NCBI GenBank assembly: GCA_035501975.1
Contig: DATJVE010000017.1
Location: 44,933 to 108,932 of the forward strand
Length of the DNA: 64,000 nucleotides
Direction of reading: 5' to 3'
Origin: Pseudolabrys sp.
GTDB taxonomy: Bacteria; Pseudomonadota; Alphaproteobacteria; Rhizobiales; Xanthobacteraceae
Of this stretch, positions 56,061 to 64,000 are shown piece after piece. A model generated the notes under the pieces. That model did no database searches. It was not told where the DNA came from and saw only the letters and a program-made list of their open reading frames with translations. Made by a program: the position numbers and the translations under genes. Position 1 is the stretch's first letter; each line of letters begins with the position of its first letter.

Positions 56061-57056
56061 TTAGGGAACCAACACCGCTGCCCCTTGCAGCCGACCGTCC
56101 CGCAGATCGGACAATGCTTCGTTGGCGCGCGCCAGCGGATAACGCGTGACCTCGCAATGCACCCCGGCTTTCGGCGCGATCGCCAAAAACTCGTGCGCGT
56201 CGCCGCGCGTCAGGTTTGCCACCGACAGCACGTGCCGCTCCTCCCACAGCAGCGAATAGGGAAAGCTCGGGATATCCGACATATGGATGCCGCCACAGAC
56301 AACGCGGCCGCCCTTGCGCACTGCTTTCAGCGCGGCCGGCACCAGCGCGCCGACCGGCGCAAAGATAATGGCGGCGTCGAGCGGCTCCGGCGGCATCTCC
56401 TCCGAGCCGCCCGCCCACACCGCACCAAGTGAACGCGCGAAATCCTGCGCGGCTATATCGCCCTTGCGCGTAAAGGCATAGACACGCCGACCTTGCCAGC
56501 TCGCGACTTGCGTCAGGATATGCGCGGCGGCGCCGAAACCGTAGAGGCCGAGCGTGCCGCCTTCGCCCGCCATGCGGTAGCTGCGCCAGCCGATCAGACC
56601 GGCGCAGAGCCAGGGCGCGATCTCGGCATCGTCGCCCGCTTCGCCGAGCGGAAAACAGTAGCCCGCATCGGCCACCGCGTGAGTCGCGTAGCCGCCGTCG
56701 CGCGTGTAACCGGTGAACACCGGCGTGTCGCAGAGATTCTCGGCGCCGCTGCGGCAATAGGGGCAGACGCCGCAGGTCGCGCCCAGCCAGGGCACGCCAA
56801 CGCGTTCGCCGATGCTCAATCCGTTGACGCCGGCTCCGACCGCGACGACGCGGCCGACGATCTCGTGCCCTGGCACGATCGGCAGCTTAGGATGTTCCAA
56901 TTCGCCGTCGACCACGTGCAAATCTGTGCGGCAAACGCCGCAGGCCGCGACCTGCACCAAAATTTCGCCCGCGCCCGGCGCCGGCAGCGGCCGCTCCCGC
57001 ATCACCAGTGGTGTGCGCGGCGCGTCCAGCACCATCGCCTGCATGGTGGCCATCAT
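56061..57056 (-). CDS. Zinc-dependent alcohol dehydrogenase family protein
   Basis: CGVCRTDLH, GHEIVG, CGVCPYC...ENLC, GFGAAA. Confidence 0.93.
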   Translation of the reverse strand: MMATMQAMVLDAPRTPLVMRERPLPAPGAGEILVQVAACGVCRTDLHVVDGELEHPKLPIVPGHEIVGRVVAVGAGVNGLSIGERVGVPWLGATCGVCPYCRSGAENLCDTPVFTGYTRDGGYATHAVADAGYCFPLGEAGDDAEIAPWLCAGLIGWRSYRMAGEGGTLGLYGFGAAAHILTQVASWQGRRVYAFTRKGDIAAQDFARSLGAVWAGGSEEMPPEPLDAAIIFAPVGALVPAALKAVRKGGRVVCGGIHMSDIPSFPYSLLWEERHVLSVANLTRGDAHEFLAIAPKAGVHCEVTRYPLARANEALSDLRDGRLQGAAVLVP

Positions 57057-57098
57057 TCTTCCTTCCAATTCCGCGCCGAACATCTTAGATCAAAGCGC

Positions 57099-59738
57099 AT
57101 GCGCACCGATACCGCCCAGCCCATTCGGCTGAAGGATTACCGCCCGCCGGATTGGCTGGTGGAAACCGTCTCGCTCGATTTTTCGCTGCATCCGATGCAG
57201 ACCAAAGTCCGCGCGACGCTGGCGCTCAAGCCCAATCCTGAGGCCGCGGCCGCACCGCTGGTGCTCGATGGCGACGGAATCACCCTCACCGGTCTCAAGC
57301 TCGACGGAACCGTGCTGCCGGCGGATAGCTATGTGGCGACGCCGGACAGCCTAACCATTGCGCAGGCGCCGAACCGGCCGTTTACGTTGGAGATCGAGAC
57401 GCTAGTCGATCCGACCGCCAATACTCAGCTCTCCGGCCTGTACCGCACGAGCGGCAATTATTGCACGCAATGCGAAGCGGAAGGATTCCGCCGCATCACT
57501 TATTTCCCCGACCGACCCGACGTGATGGCGGTCTACACCACACGCATCGAAGCCGACAAAACCGAAACTCCGGTGCTGCTGGCGAACGGCAATCTGATCG
57601 ACAGCGGCGATCTTGGCGGCGGCCGCCATTTCGCCACCTGGCAGGACCCGCACAAGAAGCCGTCCTATCTGTTCGCGCTGGTCGGCGGCGATCTCGCTTA
57701 TATCGAGGACCGTTTCGTCACCATGTCGGGCCGCAGCGTGACGCTGCGCATCTATGTCGAGCCCGGCAAGGAGGGCCGCTGCGGTTACGCCATGGATTCG
57801 CTCAAGCGCTCGATGCGCTGGGACGAAGAGGCGTTCGGCCGCGAATACGATCTCGATATCTTCATGATCGTGGCGGTGTCCGACTTCAACATGGGGGCCA
57901 TGGAGAACAAGGGCCTCAACGTCTTCAACGACAAATACGTTCTGGCGAGCGGCGATACCGCGACCGACGGCGATTTTGCGCAGATCGAGGCCGTGATCGC
58001 GCACGAATATTTCCACAACTGGACCGGCAACCGCATCACCTGCCGCGACTGGTTCCAGCTCTGCCTGAAGGAAGGGCTCACGGTTTTCCGCGACCAGGAA
58101 TTCTCGTCCGACATGCGCTCGCGTCCGGTGAAGCGGATTTCCGACGTGCGCGGGCTTCGCGCGGCGCAATTCATCGAAGACGCTGGTCCTCTGGCGCATC
58201 CCGTGCGGCCGGAAACGTACAAGGAGATCAACAACTTCTACACCAGCACCGTCTACGAAAAAGGCGCCGAGGTCGTGCGCATGGTGCAGACGCTGATCGG
58301 CAAGGACAAATTCCGCTCCGGCATGGATCTTTATTTCGCGCGCCACGACGGCGAGGCCGCCACCGTCGAGCAATTCATCAAGTGCTTCGCCGATGTCTCA
58401 GGCCGCGACATGACGCAGTTCATGCGCTGGTACAGCCAAGCGGGCACGCCGGAAGTGACAGTTTGCGGCCGCTTCGACGCCGCGCGCAAGACCTACACGC
58501 TCGACGCCAAGCAAAACGTGCCTCCGACGCCTGGCCAGCCAACCAAGGAGCCGATGGTCATTCCCCTCGGCATCGGCCTCGTCGGCAAGGACGGCCGCGA
58601 CCTGCCGCTTGCGACGCAAAGCGCGAGCGTCGCACATGGCGTCCTGGTGCTCAGCGAGCCAGCCGCGATGATCGAATTCACCGGGATTGCTGGAAAGCCG
58701 GTTCTGTCGATCAACCGCGGCTTCTCGGCGCCGATCAAGCTCATCACCGATCTGACCGCCAGCGATCTTGCCTTCTTGGCCGCGCACGACAGCGATCCCT
58801 TCAACCGCTGGCAGGCACTGCAAACCATCGCCATGCGGCTTTTGATCGACAACGTCGCCGCGCTGCACGCGGGGACGGCGCCACGCTTCGACGACAAACT
58901 GATCGCCGCGGTTGCTGCCATCCTCGACGACGCCGAGCTGGAACCGGCCTTCAAGGCGCTGGCGCTGGTGCCGCCCGGGGAAGGCGACATCGCGCGCGAA
59001 ATCGGCGGCGACATCGATCCCGATGCCGTGTTCAATGCGCGGCGCGCCTTGCGCGCCGGCATCGGCGACAAGCTCGGCCCGGGGCTCGCCGCGGCCTACG
59101 AGCGCATGGCCGTGCCGGGGCCCTACTCGCCCGATGCGACTAGCGCCGGACGCCGGTCTTTGCGCAACGTCGCGCTCGATTTGTTGGCGGCGACCGGCGC
59201 ACCCGAGGCGATCGCGCGCGCCGCGCGCCAATACGGGGCAGCTGACAACATGACCGATCGCATGGCCGCGCTCGCCACGCTGTCGCTTTACCCCGGGCCG
59301 GAGCGCGAGCGTGCGCTGGCCGAATTCTACGCGCGCTATTCGGCCGACGCGCTGGTCATCGACAAATGGTTCTCACTGCAGGCCATGACCCCCCAGCCCG
59401 ATACGCTCGACCGCGTTCGCGCGCTGACCGCGCACAGCGCCTTCTCCTTCGCCAACCCCAACCGGGTGCGGGCTTTGATCGGCGCCTTCGCCGCCAATCC
59501 GACGCAGTTCAACCGCGCCGACGGCGCCGGCTACGATTTCGTCACCGAGACGTTGCTCGCGCTCGACCCGAAAAATCCGCAAATTGCGGCGCGGTTGGCC
59601 ACCGCCTTCCGCACCTGGCGCACGCTGGAACAGGGCCGGCGCGGCAAGGCGGAAAGCGCGCTGCAGCGCGTCAAGGCGGCGCCGAATCTCTCGCGCGATC
59701 TTTCCGACATCGTCGAACGCGCGTTGGCTAAGCCCTAA
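57099..59738 (+). CDS. pepN: Aminopeptidase N
   Basis: TQCEAEGFR, GAMENKG, HEYFH-x18-E, YEKGAE. Confidence 0.96.
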   Translation: MRTDTAQPIRLKDYRPPDWLVETVSLDFSLHPMQTKVRATLALKPNPEAAAAPLVLDGDGITLTGLKLDGTVLPADSYVATPDSLTIAQAPNRPFTLEIETLVDPTANTQLSGLYRTSGNYCTQCEAEGFRRITYFPDRPDVMAVYTTRIEADKTETPVLLANGNLIDSGDLGGGRHFATWQDPHKKPSYLFALVGGDLAYIEDRFVTMSGRSVTLRIYVEPGKEGRCGYAMDSLKRSMRWDEEAFGREYDLDIFMIVAVSDFNMGAMENKGLNVFNDKYVLASGDTATDGDFAQIEAVIAHEYFHNWTGNRITCRDWFQLCLKEGLTVFRDQEFSSDMRSRPVKRISDVRGLRAAQFIEDAGPLAHPVRPETYKEINNFYTSTVYEKGAEVVRMVQTLIGKDKFRSGMDLYFARHDGEAATVEQFIKCFADVSGRDMTQFMRWYSQAGTPEVTVCGRFDAARKTYTLDAKQNVPPTPGQPTKEPMVIPLGIGLVGKDGRDLPLATQSASVAHGVLVLSEPAAMIEFTGIAGKPVLSINRGFSAPIKLITDLTASDLAFLAAHDSDPFNRWQALQTIAMRLLIDNVAALHAGTAPRFDDKLIAAVAAILDDAELEPAFKALALVPPGEGDIAREIGGDIDPDAVFNARRALRAGIGDKLGPGLAAAYERMAVPGPYSPDATSAGRRSLRNVALDLLAATGAPEAIARAARQYGAADNMTDRMAALATLSLYPGPERERALAEFYARYSADALVIDKWFSLQAMTPQPDTLDRVRALTAHSAFSFANPNRVRALIGAFAANPTQFNRADGAGYDFVTETLLALDPKNPQIAARLATAFRTWRTLEQGRRGKAESALQRVKAAPNLSRDLSDIVERALAKP

Positions 59739-59961
59739 ATCCCCGTCCTACCGGAAATTTCCGTCGCATCCTCGTACCGGGCGGCAAGCGTCTGCCCACA
59801 ACGCGTAATTCAGGTTTCGGTGGGTAACGATTGTTAAATAATTGACTCCGGGACTCTCGACAAATCAGCAGGCATCGATTCCAATCGGGACTGATTCGGA
59901 ACACGATGCAGGGCATCCTTCCGGGCAGGGTCGTAGGGGAACTTCCAGACGGAGGCAGTCA

Positions 59962-62256
59962 ATGGCGCGCGCCGGTGTGGCGAATGCGTCTTCGCGCCCA
60001 GATTCTATCCAAGGTCTTGCGCAGTCGATCGCCAATCCAGCGTATCGGCGCCTGTTGACCGCGGAGCCCCTGCTACGCCGCGCCGTTCCGATCCTCATCA
60101 TCGCGTTTCTCGCAACCATCTGCGTCGGCGCCGCCGTGCAGGTGCTCGACCACCGCCGGCACTCGCTCAACGATATGATCGTGGCGCTCGATGCGGTCGC
60201 CGATATCGCCGCCGATCGGCTGCGCTCATCCGACGTGCCGCCCACCGACGTCTCGGCTCGACTGCAGGACGCGCTTGCCCAAGCCCTGCCGCCTTGGGCT
60301 TCGAGCGACGGGCGGCACTTCATGCTGACCAACGCGGAGGGCGTGGTGACGGCCGCCATGCCAGCCGCCGACGCCGCCACCGGCCGCCGTCTGATCGACC
60401 TGGTCGGTCCGACGCAGCCGCTGACCACCTTTGGCGCCGACGCCGGCGTCATGGACATTACCCTGCCCGACGGCACGCGCACGCTGGCGACGGTGCGCAC
60501 GCTCAAGGCGCCGTTCGGCCAGCTCGCCGTGCTGCAATCGCGCGAGGCGGCGCTGGCGCCATGGCGCTCGCTCACGACGCTCACCATCACTCTTTCGGCC
60601 ACGACCGGCTTCGTCGTGCTCATCCTCGGCTTCGCCTTTCACTGGCAGGCGACCCGGGCGCGCGAAGCGGACCAGATCTACGATACCGTCCGTAGCCGCA
60701 TCGATACCGCGCTTAACCGGGGCCGTTGCGGCTTGTGGGATTGGGACCTGGCGCGCGGGCGCATTTTCTGGTCGCAGTCGATGTTCGACATTCTGGGATT
60801 GCAAGCCAAAGACGATCTCTTGTCGTTCGGCGACGTCAGCGCCCTCACCCACCCTGACGATCTGCACCTCTACGACCTGGCGGCGGAGCTCGCGGAGGCG
60901 AGTTCGACCGCGATCGACCGTGCGTTCCGCATGCGCCACGCCGACGGCCACTGGATCTGGCTGCGCGCGCGCTGCGAATTGGTGCACCAGCCGGGCGAGC
61001 CGGGCCTGCATGTGATCGGCATCGCCGTTGACATCACCGAGCAGAAAAACCTGGTCGAAAAGACCGTCGCCGCCGACATGCGGCTACGCGACGCCATCGA
61101 GACCATCCCCGAAGCCTTCGTCTTATGGGACGCCGACAATCGCCTGGTGCTGTGCAATTCGAATTTTCAGGAGTTGCACAACCTGCCCGAGGAGGCGATC
61201 ACCGTCGGCGCGTCTTATGAATCGGTGGTTGCCGCCGGACGCAAGCCGGTGGTCCGCAGCAAGTCTGTCACCGGCGCGCCGAATTTTCCCGGCGCGCGCA
61301 CCTTCGAAGCCGAGCTCGACGACGGCCGCTGGCTGCACATCAGCGAGCGGCGGACCAAGGACGGCGGTTACGTTTCGGTCGGCACCGACATCACCGCGCT
61401 CAAGATGCACGAGGAGAAGCTGGTCGACAGCGAGCGGCGGCTGATGGCGACGGTCGCCGACGTGCGCGCCTCGCAGCAGCGGCTCGCCGAACTTGCGGAA
61501 AAATACGCCGCCGAGAAGACCCGCGCCGAGGAGGCAAACCAGGCCAAGTCGAAATTCCTCGCCAATATGAGCCACGAGCTGCGGACGCCGCTCAACGCAA
61601 TCATCGGCTTTTCCGAGATCATGGAGTCGGGCATGTTCGGCCCGCTCGGCGCCGAAAAATACAATGAATATTGCACTGACATCCGCAGCAGCGGCGAATA
61701 TCTGCTCGACGTCATCAACGACATTCTCGACATGGCCAAGATCGAGGCGGGCCGCATCCGCCTCGATTTCGAGGAACTCGATTTGCATTCGCTCATGGCG
61801 GAATCGTTGCGCGTGGTGTCTGCGCGCGCGCAGGACAAGCAGCTCGAACTGGTCGCCAAGATATCGCCCGAGCTCGCCTTGCGAGCCGACCGCCGCGCGC
61901 TCAAGCAGATCATGCTCAATCTGTTGTCCAACGCAGTGAAGTTCACTTCCGCCGGGGGCCGCGTCACCGTGCGCGGACGCGCCGCCGACGGCTGCATCGT
62001 GCTGGCGATCGCCGACACCGGCATCGGCATCGACAAGGAGGCGCTGGCGCGGCTCGGGCGGCCGTTCGAGCAGGTCGAGAGCCAGTTGACCAAGAGCCAT
62101 CACGGTTCCGGGCTGGGCTTGGCCATCGCCAAATCGCTGGTCGAGCTGCATGGCGGCCGCATGCGCATCCGTTCCGCGCTCGGCAAGGGCACGCTGGTTG
62201 TCGTGCGCCTGCCCATGCACCCGCATTGCCCGCTGCCAAAGGAAGAAGCCGCCTAA
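59962..62256 (+). CDS. pleC: PAS-domain sensor histidine kinase, PleC-like
   Basis: EPLLRRAVP with TM segments, GRCGLWDW PAS domain, FLANMSHELRTPLNAIIGFSE, NLLSNAVKF, GSGLGL; adjacent to pepN. Confidence 0.8.
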   Translation: MARAGVANASSRPDSIQGLAQSIANPAYRRLLTAEPLLRRAVPILIIAFLATICVGAAVQVLDHRRHSLNDMIVALDAVADIAADRLRSSDVPPTDVSARLQDALAQALPPWASSDGRHFMLTNAEGVVTAAMPAADAATGRRLIDLVGPTQPLTTFGADAGVMDITLPDGTRTLATVRTLKAPFGQLAVLQSREAALAPWRSLTTLTITLSATTGFVVLILGFAFHWQATRAREADQIYDTVRSRIDTALNRGRCGLWDWDLARGRIFWSQSMFDILGLQAKDDLLSFGDVSALTHPDDLHLYDLAAELAEASSTAIDRAFRMRHADGHWIWLRARCELVHQPGEPGLHVIGIAVDITEQKNLVEKTVAADMRLRDAIETIPEAFVLWDADNRLVLCNSNFQELHNLPEEAITVGASYESVVAAGRKPVVRSKSVTGAPNFPGARTFEAELDDGRWLHISERRTKDGGYVSVGTDITALKMHEEKLVDSERRLMATVADVRASQQRLAELAEKYAAEKTRAEEANQAKSKFLANMSHELRTPLNAIIGFSEIMESGMFGPLGAEKYNEYCTDIRSSGEYLLDVINDILDMAKIEAGRIRLDFEELDLHSLMAESLRVVSARAQDKQLELVAKISPELALRADRRALKQIMLNLLSNAVKFTSAGGRVTVRGRAADGCIVLAIADTGIGIDKEALARLGRPFEQVESQLTKSHHGSGLGLAIAKSLVELHGGRMRIRSALGKGTLVVVRLPMHPHCPLPKEEAA

Positions 62257-64000
62257 GGCGCCTTCCCCAAAATCCGCACGAAGCTCGCGCGTACTTTGGC
62301 CTGCGTCTCGATCAGCGTGGCATCGAGCGCGGCGAAATCCGGCACGTCGGCGGCGCGCGCCAGGAGCCGCAGCAGCCCGGCGCCGGCGGTTTTCGCGTCG
62401 AAAGGCCCGGTCAGGCACAGCCGCAGGATCTGCGTGAGGTCGTGATAGAGCTGCACCGCCGGCCGCAAAATCTCCGCCTCCTCGACCGGCAGCACGTGCA
62501 GCGCCCAGGCCTTGTCGAGCACGCGCGCGGTCGAGGTGTCGAGAATACCGGGCAGCGCATGCGCGTGCACGAGTTGGAGATACTGGGCGATGAACTCGAT
62601 GTCGATCAGCCCCCCAACTGCGTATTTGAGGTCCCAGCGGTCCTTGTCGCCTTTTTCCTTGGCGATGGCCGCGCGCATCTCGACCACGTCGCCGGCGATC
62701 AGTCCGGCATCGCGCGGCCGCTGCAGAATATCGCGGATCACCGCTTCCACCCGTTCGCCAAACCCGGGCGTTGCGGCCACCACGCGCGCGCGCGTCAAGG
62801 CCAAGTGCTCCCAGGTCCAGGCTTCGCTCTCCTGATACGATATGAAGCCGCCAATCTGGGTAGCGAGCGGGCCGGCGCGGCCGGAGGGGCGCAGCCGCAT
62901 GTCAACCTGGTAGAGCGCTCCGTAATTGGTCTGCGCGGTCAGCGCGTTGATCAGCCGCTGGGTCAGCCGGGCGAAATATTGCGCGCCATAGAGCGGACGC
63001 TTGCCGTCCGATTCCGGACGCGTCTCGTCGAAGTCGTAGATCAGGATCAGATCGAGATCGGAACTCGCCGTCATTTCGTAGCCGCCGAGCTTGCCCATCG
63101 CCAGCACCGCGCTCGCCTCATCGCGCATATGCCCGTAGGCGGCGGCAAAACTATCGACCACCGCGCGATGTACGGCGCGGATCACCGCGTCGGCGAGCCG
63201 CGCAAAGGCCTCGCCGGCTTGCCGCGCCGTCACCGTGCCGGACAGGATGCGCACGCCGATCAGGAACATGTATTCCAGCCCGAACGTGCGGATGCGCTCG
63301 AGCAGGTCCTCGTCGTAGCGCGACTGCGCGAGCGCCGCGTTGAGCCGCCGCCCTAGCTCGGCGTCGTCCGGCAAGGCGCCGAAGAAGCTCGGATCGACCA
63401 GCGCATCCATCACCTGCGGATTGCGCGCCAGGGTGTCGGCAAGCCGTGGCGCAATGCCGAGCACGAAGACGATCAGCGCGATCAGCTCGGTATTTTGCCG
63501 CAATAGCGACAAGAGACGCGCCGCGCCGTGCAGATTGGCGAGGAAATGGTCGAACAGCACCAGCGTCGCGTTGGCGTTGTCGGCGCGCGCGATCTGCTCC
63601 AGCAGAATCGGCAGCAGCGCTTCGAGGTGCCCGCGCGCCGCCTCCCCGCGCAGCGAGCGATGCCCACCGCCGAGCCAGTTTCGGACTATCGACGAGGCCT
63701 CGAGCGGAGCGCGGAACCCGAGCTCGGCCAGGCGGTCCAACGTCTTATGGTCGTCGGCGTCGGCAGGAAACCGAAGGATCGGCTGGTCGGCACCGGGCGC
63801 CTTTTCGAACAGGCGCGAATAGTGCCGCTGCACGGTATCGAGATGCTTGAGCAGCACTTTGGCGAAAGCGTCGCGATCCGGGAACCCGAGAAAACGCGCG
63901 AACCGCTCAAGGTCCGGCCATTCGCCCGGCAGCGTCTGCGTCTGCTCGTCATTGACCATCTGCAGCCGGTGCTCGACCGTGCGCAAAAAGACATACGCCG
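62253..64000 (-). CDS. glnE: Glutamine synthetase adenylyltransferase, C-terminal part (starts outside the window)
   Basis: EHRLQM, MGKLGG, SDLDL, VDMRLRPSG, WEHLALTRAR, GGLIDIEF. Confidence 0.95.
   Translation of the reverse strand, partial: AYVFLRTVEHRLQMVNDEQTQTLPGEWPDLERFARFLGFPDRDAFAKVLLKHLDTVQRHYSRLFEKAPGADQPILRFPADADDHKTLDRLAELGFRAPLEASSIVRNWLGGGHRSLRGEAARGHLEALLPILLEQIARADNANATLVLFDHFLANLHGAARLLSLLRQNTELIALIVFVLGIAPRLADTLARNPQVMDALVDPSFFGALPDDAELGRRLNAALAQSRYDEDLLERIRTFGLEYMFLIGVRILSGTVTARQAGEAFARLADAVIRAVHRAVVDSFAAAYGHMRDEASAVLAMGKLGGYEMTASSDLDLILIYDFDETRPESDGKRPLYGAQYFARLTQRLINALTAQTNYGALYQVDMRLRPSGRAGPLATQIGGFISYQESEAWTWEHLALTRARVVAATPGFGERVEAVIRDILQRPRDAGLIAGDVVEMRAAIAKEKGDKDRWDLKYAVGGLIDIEFIAQYLQLVHAHALPGILDTSTARVLDKAWALHVLPVEEAEILRPAVQLYHDLTQILRLCLTGPFDAKTAGAGLLRLLARAADVPDFAALDATLIETQAKVRASFVRILGKAP

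Noticed and set aside
59821-59846. CtrA box upstream of pleC
   Set aside because: AT-rich GTAACGATTGTTAA does not fit TTAA-N7-TTAA spacing
1-64000. Mobile elements, CRISPR arrays, rRNA or tRNA genes
   Set aside because: No transposase or integrase motifs, spaced direct repeats or cloverleaf/rRNA signatures detected by eye

Overview
GC-rich alphaproteobacterial chromosomal segment (Hyphomicrobiales, probably Xanthobacteraceae/Nitrobacteraceae-like, judged from pepN-pleC-glnE and a GTCATTCCGGG REP-like element). About 50 kb is devoted to low-oxygen life and carries at least 13 FNR/FixK-type boxes (TTGA-N6-TCAA). (1) 1-22.4 kb: a less GC-biased island with acyl-activating enzymes, a candidate structured RNA, a groEL without groES, HPF-CSD, archease-RtcB, alanine dehydrogenase, a LonC-like protease, a 2H RNA phosphoesterase, PRPP synthetase, PRTase plus hydrolase, PncB and PolX. 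This gene set closely parallels the mycobacterial DosR dormancy regulon. (2) 22.6-37.5 kb: narK1K2-narGHJI-PPIase-nnrS with a NarR-like regulator and an NsrR/YtfE/YgbA NO-stress module that has its own repeated operator. (3) 37.6-49.3 kb: an anaerobic arylpyruvate/arylacetate oxidation operon (IorAB, a 2-oxoacid:ferredoxin oxidoreductase, PadB, fused PadCD, PaaK) plus an FlK-like thioesterase. (4) 49.4-64 kb: CocE hydrolase, Bug protein, fluoride riboswitch-crcB-DUF190 and housekeeping genes. No rRNA, tRNA, CRISPR, integrase or transposase was seen. All assignments come from motif recognition by eye; no database searches were run.
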